The notes below the pieces were generated by a model. The model ran no database searches, was not told where the DNA came from, and saw only the letters and a program-made list of their open reading frames with translations. A stretch of 35,219 bases of DNA from a virus (taxonomy: Duplodnaviria > Heunggongvirae > Uroviricota > Caudoviricetes). The stretch is from positions 1 to 35,219 of the IMG/VR virus record IMGVR_UViG_2548876867_000017; one strand, 5' to 3'. The position numbers and the translations under genes were made by a program. Positions 1-6,834 of the stretch are shown piece after piece (position 1 is the stretch's first letter; each line of letters starts with the position of its first letter).

Positions 1-273
1 ATGAACATCGGCAAAGCAATCATCAACTACGCAGCACGTCGCAACATGGACATTACCTTGATTGGCGATGAGACCGTAGCGTTCTGGGAAGCGGATAACG
101 ATTGTGAATGGATGTTCTCCTACATGATTGGTAATGATGGTTTCCTCCACTTTAAAGGCAATGTGTATCTGCCGCAGGAGATTAAAGAAGAATTACCGGC
201 GTGCATCGATACAGACAAGAAGCTGAAAGAAGTAATCAACTTTATCGCTAAAGAGTTTATCAGCAAGAAGTAA
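1..273 (+). CDS. hypothetical protein (may be 5-prime truncated by window edge)
   Basis: ORF of 90 aa beginning at window position 1; no recognisable motif; co-oriented with downstream small genes. Confidence 0.45.
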   Translation: MNIGKAIINYAARRNMDITLIGDETVAFWEADNDCEWMFSYMIGNDGFLHFKGNVYLPQEIKEELPACIDTDKKLKEVINFIAKEFISKK

Positions 274-285
274 GGCAGCAAAACA

Positions 286-672
286 ATGTTCAATATCATG
301 ATTCGTAAATTTGGTGAGATGACTTTCGAGAAAGCTGGTGTTGCACGTACAGAAGAAGAAGCAATGGCCTTAGTTCTGGTAGCACTGAGATCATCACCTG
401 AGATTATCGACGCTGAATATGTTGCGGCTGAGGGTGAGATTAAAGAGATTAAAGCGGTGGCTAAGGAATTAGGTGTTAAAGGTTTCCGTAAGCTGAAACT
501 ATCCCGCGAGACTTATGTCATTGGACAGCAAGGACAATACCTAGATGAGAATAGCGCGATTGTCCTACTGAATAAGATCACCCGCTATGGTTTCCAGATT
601 GAGCAATATAAAACGTGTTTCGAATTATACGAAAAAGGTTTGCTGGATACTCTGACCATCGTTCGCGCTTAA
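286..672 (+). CDS. hypothetical protein
   Basis: 128 aa ORF, ATG 13 nt after upstream stop, followed by hairpin plus T-run terminator at 687-712. Confidence 0.55.
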   Translation: MFNIMIRKFGEMTFEKAGVARTEEEAMALVLVALRSSPEIIDAEYVAAEGEIKEIKAVAKELGVKGFRKLKLSRETYVIGQQGQYLDENSAIVLLNKITRYGFQIEQYKTCFELYEKGLLDTLTIVRA

Positions 673-686
673 TTAATTTCTAATTT

Positions 687-712
687 GGTGGGTGCAATTC
701 CCACCGCTTTTT
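687..712 (+). terminator. rho-independent terminator
   Basis: GGTGGG-7nt loop-CCCACC stem followed by GCTTTTT, directly after stop of 286..672. Confidence 0.6.
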
Positions 713-729
713 AAACTGGAGAATCAAAC

Positions 730-810
730 ATGTTAGCTTTTATCTCATTCGTGGGAGGTAGTCTCACAACTATGATCAGCCTTTCTTATATTGTCGTTAG
801 TATGGGGTGA
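730..810 (+). CDS. small hydrophobic peptide (26 aa), putative membrane peptide
   Basis: ATG preceded by GGAG about 9 nt upstream; translation MLAFISFVGGSLTTMISLSYIVVSMG is one hydrophobic helix; below the 60 aa cutoff of the ORF track. Confidence 0.3.
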   Translation: MLAFISFVGGSLTTMISLSYIVVSMG

Positions 811-813
811 GCA

Positions 814-939
814 ATGAAACAATTTCATGATGGCATTTCATCTAAGACATTCAAGAAAGAATATAGCGGATTGTGTATTAACTGGATTGATTTGATTGGT
901 GCGGTTGTGTTTGGTCTGGTAATCAGCATCAACTTTTAA
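814..939 (+). CDS. small membrane protein (41 aa)
   Basis: ATG preceded by GGGGTGAG; C-terminal hydrophobic segment WIDLIGAVVFGLVISINF; 3 nt after the previous small ORF. Confidence 0.35.
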   Translation: MKQFHDGISSKTFKKEYSGLCINWIDLIGAVVFGLVISINF

Positions 940-980
940 CGATATAAATATATCGTAATTCATTCAAAGAGGATTCAATT

Positions 981-1322
981 ATGAAAAAGACTATCTACGC
1001 AATTATTGTTTCTGTGTGTGTTGGTGGCATCGGTGGATTTGTTTGTGGGTATGACTATTCCGATACTCAACATCAAGAGACTATCCGGTCAAATAAGGCC
1101 GAGATTAAGGATCTGAATCAGGAGATTAGCCAGTTAGAAAATGCTCTCTCACTCAAAGATAGTGAATATAGCGAGGTTTATGCAGATAAACAAAAATATT
1201 GGAAAGAGAAAGATAATCTCGTTGTTTACGGGATGAAATTGTGTAAGAGCATGAAGGATGAGCGCAGTTGCTTAATGGAACTTGCCCTTAAAGGTAACGT
1301 GACCATCGACTTCAAAGACTAA
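981..1322 (+). CDS. membrane-anchored coiled-coil protein (signal-anchor or spanin-like architecture)
   Basis: RBS AAGAGGA upstream of ATG; N-terminal hydrophobic segment then heptad-like charged region. Confidence 0.55.
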   Translation: MKKTIYAIIVSVCVGGIGGFVCGYDYSDTQHQETIRSNKAEIKDLNQEISQLENALSLKDSEYSEVYADKQKYWKEKDNLVVYGMKLCKSMKDERSCLMELALKGNVTIDFKD

Positions 1323-1353
1323 TTAAATTCTAATAATAAGAGGAAATTCCATT

Positions 1354-1599
1354 ATGAAAAAGATTATCGCTGGTGTTGTTCTTGCTCTGGGTTTGGTTGG
1401 TGCTGCAAGTGCCGAACAATATGTACAGGGTGATAGTGTCAAGCGTGCTGCCGTTGCACCTTCTTTAAATCAACTGTGTACTGAATTAGCACAGGTTGCC
1501 GGAGTTGGTGACGATGACGACTTTATTACTGCGTGTGTATGGAGTCATATCGAGGATATTAATAAACGTGATGCAAAACTAACTGGAAAGAAATATTAA
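1354..1599 (+). CDS. small secreted protein with cleavable signal peptide
   Basis: RBS AAGAGGA; N-terminus MKKIIAGVVLALGLVGAASA-EQ fits a signal peptidase I signal; no lipobox cysteine; two Cys in mature part. Confidence 0.55.
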   Translation: MKKIIAGVVLALGLVGAASAEQYVQGDSVKRAAVAPSLNQLCTELAQVAGVGDDDDFITACVWSHIEDINKRDAKLTGKKY

Positions 1600-1615
1600 T
1601 GACTTACTAACCAAT

Positions 1616-1651
1616 GCCCCTATCGTTATAATACACGGTAGGGGCGTTTTT
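1616..1651 (+). terminator. rho-independent terminator (loop contains TATAAT-like hexamer)
   Basis: GCCCCTA..TAGGGGC stem followed by GTTTTT after the 1354..1599 stop; loop TTATAATACA could double as a -10 element for the recombinase gene. Confidence 0.5.
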
Positions 1652-1664
1652 GTTTGGAAATGGT

Positions 1665-3344
1665 ATGAAAACTAAACTGTATTCGTATATTCGCTTCTCA
1701 TCTATGCGTCAGAATGATGGTTCGAGTTATGAACGGCAAATCAGGATGGCGAGAGAGGTTGCGGCAAAGTATGACCTTGAACTGGTAAATGATTATCAGG
1801 ATCTGGGTGTATCTGCGTTTAAGGGTGCTAACTCTAAAACAGGGGCGCTATCTCGTTTCCTTGATGCAATTGGTAGATCCGTTCCTGTTGGTAGCTGGCT
1901 ATTCATTGAAAACTTGGACCGTTTATCCCGTGCCGATATTGTCAGTGCGCAGGAGTTATTCCTTTCAATAATCCGTAGGGGGATAACCATTGTTACTGGC
2001 ATGGATAACAAGATCTACTCGCTGGATACTGTTACCGCTAACCCGATGGACCTGATGTTCTCCATCCTTTTATTCATCCGTGGTAATGAGGAAAGCCAGA
2101 CTAAGCGCAATCGTACTAACTCAAGCGCACTGATTAAGATTAAAGCCCATCAAGAAAATCCCCAGAATCCGGCAGTGGCAATCGAGGAAGTTGGAAAGAA
2201 TATGTGGTGGACTGATACCACTTCCGGTTATGTGCTGCCTCATCCGGTGTACTTCCCTGTTGTTCAGGAGATTGTGGAATTGCGGAAGAATGGACGTTCA
2301 ACCGCCGAAATACTGGATCACCTTAACGAGACTTATACACCGCCACCAGCGGTTAGCAACAAGAAGCATTCAAAATGGTCACGGGCAATGGTTGAAAGGT
2401 TGTTCCATACCCGCGCTTTGATTGGTATCAAGGAAGTCTCTGTAGATGGTGTTAATTATGAGTTAAAGGATTATTACCCTCGTGTTATTGATGATGCTAC
2501 GTTCTATCACCTTAAGAAAAATATTGGTGCTAGAGCATGGAACTTTGGAGACAAGGAAGAAGTTAAACCGATCCCCCTGCTTAGTGGTATTGGCCTATTG
2601 AAATGTGATCATTGCGGTTGCGCTATGGTTAAAGTGAAGGGAACGAACAAACGTTCTGACCAGTATCGTTATACATGTGATGCGACCCGTTCACGTAGAC
2701 TTGATTGTGAGCATCCAAACTGGAGTTTTCGAGGCGACCAATTAGAGAAAGCTGTATTGCAATTGCTGGCTGATAAAATCTGGATTGCTGAGGACAAGGC
2801 TAATCCGGTTCCGGCGTTGAAAGTACAGGTTGATGAAATATCACGCAAGATTGATAACCTGATTGCCCTTTCTGCTATGACAGGAGCAACGAAGGAGTTA
2901 GCCGATCAGATTACTACCCTCAATAGCGAGCGTGAAACACTCTACAATCAGATCAAGATGGCAGAAGAGGAAATGTATTCTGTGGACTCTCAAGGCTGGG
3001 AGAAGCTCGCAGAATTTGATTTAGAAGATGTTTATAACGAGGAACGACTAAAGGTCCGGTTTAAGATTAAGCAAGCTCTAAAGCGGATCGGGTGTAGCAG
3101 GATTGACAGAAACAAAAACTTGTTTGTACTGGAATACATCGATGGAAAAACCCAGAGAGTTGTAATAGAAAATTCAAGAGGAACGAGGAAAGGCCGGATC
3201 TTCATTGATTTGAAAACTATCAATGATAGGCAGATTCTGGAGAGCAACGGGCTTGTTCTGCATCCATGTTTAGACATGCTGACAGATAAGAACTGGAAAC
3301 CAGAAGAGGAAATACCAGGTCCATTACAGGAATTTGGAATTTAA
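1665..3344 (+). CDS. large serine recombinase (integrase/resolvase family)
   Basis: N-terminal catalytic motif YSYIRFSSMRQ with conserved Ser, DRLSR motif, Cys-rich zinc-ribbon segment (CDHCGC..CDATRSRRLDCEH), C-terminal coiled coil; start moved from TTG 1650 to ATG 1665. Confidence 0.85.
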   Translation: MKTKLYSYIRFSSMRQNDGSSYERQIRMAREVAAKYDLELVNDYQDLGVSAFKGANSKTGALSRFLDAIGRSVPVGSWLFIENLDRLSRADIVSAQELFLSIIRRGITIVTGMDNKIYSLDTVTANPMDLMFSILLFIRGNEESQTKRNRTNSSALIKIKAHQENPQNPAVAIEEVGKNMWWTDTTSGYVLPHPVYFPVVQEIVELRKNGRSTAEILDHLNETYTPPPAVSNKKHSKWSRAMVERLFHTRALIGIKEVSVDGVNYELKDYYPRVIDDATFYHLKKNIGARAWNFGDKEEVKPIPLLSGIGLLKCDHCGCAMVKVKGTNKRSDQYRYTCDATRSRRLDCEHPNWSFRGDQLEKAVLQLLADKIWIAEDKANPVPALKVQVDEISRKIDNLIALSAMTGATKELADQITTLNSERETLYNQIKMAEEEMYSVDSQGWEKLAEFDLEDVYNEERLKVRFKIKQALKRIGCSRIDRNKNLFVLEYIDGKTQRVVIENSRGTRKGRIFIDLKTINDRQILESNGLVLHPCLDMLTDKNWKPEEEIPGPLQEFGI

Positions 3345-3382
3345 GCGGCCTAAATCGACGTATAACGAGCTAAAACAGTTAA

Positions 3383-3405
3383 GGGGTACATCCGTACCCC
3401 TTTTT
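3383..3405. terminator. hairpin terminator between convergent genes
   Basis: GGGGTAC-ATCC-GTACCCC perfect hairpin followed by TTTTT on plus strand, between recombinase stop and stop of 3418..4416. Confidence 0.6.
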
Positions 3406-3417
3406 AATTTAATTGTA

Positions 3418-4416
3418 TTAAAGAGCCTCTAAAGGGCTTAAATCGAGTTCTAAGTCTTCCGGTGTTAAATCAGCTAACGGTGCATTCATCCACTGCGATA
3501 AATCTCGTTCTATGTCTTCATCACTAATGTAGTTGTTCAGATTGATTGCGTTGGTATCATCAAAATACATTGGCTTAGATGGGTTGGTGTGGATGTATTC
3601 ATTGATGAATGATTTAACATCTTTCAGCTTGCTAATCGGTAGCGTTTCTGTGAATCCGCTATTCATTACCTTACGTGGGATTTTCTTGCCCTGAATATTC
3701 TTTTTAATCCCCATTTCTAAATCACCAGCTTTCCATCCAATGTTAAACAAATGTGAGCATTCAAAGGTGATTTTCTCGCTGGTGTGCTTCTGGTGTTCTC
3801 TTACCCGTTGCATCGGATCTTTGCGAGTGGTAATTCCATATTTGAAAAACTTCTCGCCAACACGAATTAGATAAAAGTGCATAGGGCGCTGTGCAAACTT
3901 GTTTCTGATAACCTGTTTTCTACCATTCTGAATTGATTTAAGTACACCCCTAACCAAAGGGCATGTTAACCCGCCTTGTCTGCGGTTATTGTGTAAATCA
4001 CCTTTCTTGTGAATCTTTCCGTGGCACTTACAACGAAGAATTAGTTTAGTGTCAACACCCTGATAAGGTTCAGCCAGACCTAACACATCCCACCCTATCG
4101 GCTTGTAGAACTTGCGAGCGTTTTCTAAGTGTTCTTCTTCGGTAAATCTAAACTTCTTCTTAGGCGGTGATACTCTATCTTTGCCAGTAAACTGACCAGT
4201 TAGAACATGACTAATACATGGCGTTTTAACCTTTCCGTTAACTTCTATGCAAACTTTGGTGTTCTGGAATGGTTTCTTTACAGGAAGCACAAAACCACTG
4301 TATAACCACCCATGCACTTGACAAACTTTAATGATTCTGGTTTCATATTCGACCGGAGGGGTCGCACGTTTGCTTTTTGCGGTAAATTCGATATCCTTTG
4401 CTAAAGTAGTATTCAT
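3418..4416 (-). CDS. putative homing endonuclease-like protein with GIY-YIG-related (T5orf172-like) motif
   Basis: Internal segment HFYLIRVGEKFFKYGITTRKDPMQRVREH resembles the T5orf172/GIY-YIG-like signature; Cys/His cluster CKCHGKIHKKGDLH; RBS GAGGA upstream. Confidence 0.45.
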   Translation of the reverse strand: MNTTLAKDIEFTAKSKRATPPVEYETRIIKVCQVHGWLYSGFVLPVKKPFQNTKVCIEVNGKVKTPCISHVLTGQFTGKDRVSPPKKKFRFTEEEHLENARKFYKPIGWDVLGLAEPYQGVDTKLILRCKCHGKIHKKGDLHNNRRQGGLTCPLVRGVLKSIQNGRKQVIRNKFAQRPMHFYLIRVGEKFFKYGITTRKDPMQRVREHQKHTSEKITFECSHLFNIGWKAGDLEMGIKKNIQGKKIPRKVMNSGFTETLPISKLKDVKSFINEYIHTNPSKPMYFDDTNAINLNNYISDEDIERDLSQWMNAPLADLTPEDLELDLSPLEAL

Positions 4417-4462
4417 AGTAGTGAATCCTCAATAAAATAATATTCACTACTATTTATAAGAA

Positions 4463-4834
4463 TTAATTATTGTAGTTTTGGAAACCAGTAAGATCACAAA
4501 ATGAATCAGTGTCATGTGCTGGGGAACGGTGTTCTGCCTCATCCGAGAAAATGTTGGCAACCGGAGATTCCACTTTAACTTCCGGTGCTTCTTCAACATC
4601 TGACTTGACTTCTTCGACCACTGGTTCAACTGCTGGAGATTCTTCTTTTGCTTCTTCAATGACGATCTCAGGTTCTTTCATTGCTTCAACCAGAGACGGA
4701 TCAACTTCGTCGAATACCACTTTATCATCTGCGGTGTATTTGTCTATAATGAAAAAATGGTCAGAAATATAGCTAACGTCGCCAGCATATTCTAACAAAA
4801 AAGCGCCCACCAGAGGCGCTTTAATTTTATCCAT
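4463..4834 (-). CDS. hypothetical acidic protein (start uncertain)
   Basis: ORF-track TTG start at 4864 overlaps the upstream gene; ATG at 4834 overlaps the upstream stop (ATGGATAA), consistent with translational coupling; C-terminal half very acidic. Confidence 0.35.
   Translation of the reverse strand: MDKIKAPLVGAFLLEYAGDVSYISDHFFIIDKYTADDKVVFDEVDPSLVEAMKEPEIVIEEAKEESPAVEPVVEEVKSDVEEAPEVKVESPVANIFSDEAEHRSPAHDTDSFCDLTGFQNYNN
4797..4820 (-). terminator. candidate intrinsic terminator or attenuator after peptidase gene
   Basis: AGCGCC-loop-GGCGCT hairpin followed on minus strand by a T-run, just downstream of the 4827 stop; lies inside the next ORF, so may attenuate rather than terminate. 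Confidence 0.35.
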
Positions 4835-5180
4835 TCCACCGTGATTTTTTTGATCTGGAATCAATATGCGTAAAGGTTTTATATTTTCCTAAGCCGTATT
4901 GAGTAGGATATTTCCCATCAAGATAAGCATGAACAATATCAGGCGAGACACCCTTGATAACAATGTCAGCCGCGCGGCCTCGAACGTGATAGCTATTGGC
5001 TGCCCCGCCTACATTCTTGTTATGAGTCGGGCAACGGTTGCCACTGTTAATAATCACTGGTTTACCGAAGTGCTCTCGTACATCCTCAAGAATCACCAGT
5101 AATTCAGCGTCGATTGTATCATAATCACATTTTCCGCATTTACATTTAAATTCCTTGCGAGAAAAATGCTTACTTAACAT
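4827..5180 (-). CDS. peptidase M15-family cell-wall hydrolase (candidate endolysin)
   Basis: Motifs YHVRGRAADI and THID typical of zinc D-Ala-D-Ala carboxypeptidase-like M15 peptidases; RBS AAGGGGG. Confidence 0.6.
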   Translation of the reverse strand: MLSKHFSRKEFKCKCGKCDYDTIDAELLVILEDVREHFGKPVIINSGNRCPTHNKNVGGAANSYHVRGRAADIVIKGVSPDIVHAYLDGKYPTQYGLGKYKTFTHIDSRSKKSRWNG

Positions 5181-5189
5181 ATTACCCCC

Positions 5190-5537
5190 TTAGATCATTT
5201 CGAAGATATAACCAATAAAGCGCATACCCTTGATATAATAAGGAGCAGTGCCTACACACACCGCGCGTGCATCGCCCAGACAGTTAAAGCTATAAGGATT
5301 AACCACATCAACTTCTTGTCCTACACGAAAACGATACTTAGGACGTTTAGCCAATGTAGCGACACAAAACACGGTCCCTTTTTCATGATCGCGGATACAT
5401 TCTTTATATTGTTTATGTTTAACTCTCTTCGCCTCAAAATCATGTGTCATAGATTCTGGGCTAATGCCATTAATAAAAATACCGGAAAGCTGATCGACCG
5501 GATAAGTAGGAAATTCAGTGAAAATATTTTTAGCCAT
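5190..5537 (-). CDS. hypothetical protein
   Basis: 115 aa ORF with RBS GGGGGT; tightly packed in the leftward operon. Confidence 0.55.
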   Translation of the reverse strand: MAKNIFTEFPTYPVDQLSGIFINGISPESMTHDFEAKRVKHKQYKECIRDHEKGTVFCVATLAKRPKYRFRVGQEVDVVNPYSFNCLGDARAVCVGTAPYYIKGMRFIGYIFEMI

Positions 5538-5575
5538 GTTATACCCCCATAAGTTTCTATGAGGGTATTTATGGA

Positions 5576-6259
5576 TTAAACGTATTTCATGCGCGATTTA
5601 ATGTGCTTATTGATGTTTTCAAGCATCATTGCTTCGTTGCTTTCCCACGATCCTAGCGTCGAATAACGAGTAGAAATTTTATCCGATTTAACGGCAACAA
5701 TTCGCTTGCTCTGTTTCTGTATGCGTTTCTCTAAGCGACGTTTTGCCACCGCCGATCCATTCCTAGCGCGTTTGGTTCGGGATTTCTTAGGCTTGTACTT
5801 CTTCATGATAAAAGTCCCTTCCTTGTTCTCTACCTTGATGAAGTTGCCGTTTTCGAGGTTACGCATCATCTTACCGCCTTTGATGGCCTTAATGTTCCCG
5901 TGGGCGTCTAAGACCTTGCCGTTAGCGATTGGAACTAGCTTATTGATTTTGCCACCATCGAAATAGTGTTTCAGATAGTCATCCTGACTGCCGATCTTCT
6001 TGTCCTTATCCCTTGCGCCCTTGATGAAGATTTGGTGTCTCGTCCCTGATCGGTTCTTGTAGTTGGTATTACCTACAGCTTGCTGAGTCCAGCGAGTAGG
6101 TCTATCAACATTCTTGTTAATCTTCTTCTGGAGTGCTCTGGAAGCAAAGATCGCCCCTTCCCCTAGTGCCCTTTCGAATGTATCGGTTGCCTTTTCAGAC
6201 CATTGCCGTAACGCTTTCTTAGTCCTTAGAGCGTTTCGTTTATTGGTACTGGTTGCCAT
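5576..6259 (-). CDS. hypothetical highly basic protein
   Basis: 227 aa, Lys/Arg rich at both ends; RBS AGGGGG; stop abuts the upstream gene. Confidence 0.55.
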   Translation of the reverse strand: MATSTNKRNALRTKKALRQWSEKATDTFERALGEGAIFASRALQKKINKNVDRPTRWTQQAVGNTNYKNRSGTRHQIFIKGARDKDKKIGSQDDYLKHYFDGGKINKLVPIANGKVLDAHGNIKAIKGGKMMRNLENGNFIKVENKEGTFIMKKYKPKKSRTKRARNGSAVAKRRLEKRIQKQSKRIVAVKSDKISTRYSTLGSWESNEAMMLENINKHIKSRMKYV

Positions 6260-6260
6260 G

Positions 6261-6431
6261 TTAGCCCCCTAATAACGAAAAGACCCCCGCCAGTGTCCTT
6301 AGCAATTGTTCATCCACGGTCATAGCCGGGAGTTCAAGCCCAAAGGACGTTAGCAGAGGTCTAATAGCTACGTTATAAGTGAGGGCGACAATCAAGAGAT
6401 AACCAAAATATTTCTTAAGTTTATTCTTCAT
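6261..6431 (-). CDS. small single-pass membrane protein (holin candidate)
   Basis: Start moved to internal ATG at 6431 with RBS AAGGGGTG; 56 aa with one hydrophobic helix. Confidence 0.4.
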   Translation of the reverse strand: MKNKLKKYFGYLLIVALTYNVAIRPLLTSFGLELPAMTVDEQLLRTLAGVFSLLGG

Positions 6432-6450
6432 ATATTCACCCCTTTTATTA

Positions 6451-6729
6451 TTATTTTTGTCTGAGTAAATCGATAACTTGGTCAAATTTAGCGTCCATCG
6501 CAACCACTTTCTTCTCTATACCGTGTAGTGTTTGTTCCATTTGGTAAACACGTTCGGCAATCTGAGTATGGTTATTCTGCATCGTCTCAAACTTCTGGTT
6601 TAACAATGCGTCGCTGGATTCCAATTTAGATAACCTATTTTCTGTTGCTAATTGATTTCGGTGGAGTCTCCAAAGCCCACCGCAAATTAAGGCGATAACA
6701 CCGATACCGCCATATATAATTTCAGTCAT
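6451..6729 (-). CDS. membrane-anchored coiled-coil protein (i-spanin-like or lysis-associated)
   Basis: N-terminal TM segment IIYGGIGVIALICGGLW followed by predicted coiled coil; position next to holin-like and peptidase genes. Confidence 0.4.
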   Translation of the reverse strand: MTEIIYGGIGVIALICGGLWRLHRNQLATENRLSKLESSDALLNQKFETMQNNHTQIAERVYQMEQTLHGIEKKVVAMDAKFDQVIDLLRQK

Positions 6730-6782
6730 TACGCCCCCGATATTTTTATATAGTTTAATGGCAAAATTATTTAGATAAAAAT

Positions 6783-6816
6783 AATCCCGCCTAACTCAAA
6801 AGAATTAAGCGGGATT
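6783..6816 (-). terminator. intrinsic terminator after tail tip gene
   Basis: AATCCCGC..GCGGGATT 8 bp stem followed on minus strand by ATTTTTAT, directly after the 6835 stop. Confidence 0.5.
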
Positions 6817-6834
6817 AATTATTAGAATTAAATT

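Noticed and set aside
1650-1664. TTG start at 1650 for the recombinase gene as given in the ORF track
   Set aside because: ATG at 1665 has a GGAAA SD at suitable spacing and places the catalytic serine about 12 residues from the N-terminus as in other serine recombinases; the TTG lies in the upstream terminator tail
1789-2421. Alternative-frame ORFs inside the recombinase gene (1789..1971, 1796..2011, 2191..2421)
   Set aside because: Embedded within a strongly supported CDS, with no SD and low-complexity products
4451-4458. T4-type late promoter (TATAAATA) interpretation of the conserved upstream box
   Set aside because: No gp55-like sigma or other T4-like late machinery is in the window, and an AT-rich 8-mer is expected a few times by chance; reported only as a conserved box of unknown mechanism
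4450-4772. Overlapping ORFs 4450..4659 (minus) and 4509..4772 (plus) in the acidic-protein region
   Set aside because: Both overlap the preferred 4463..4834 frame and have no SD; the plus-strand product is Ser/Thr low-complexity
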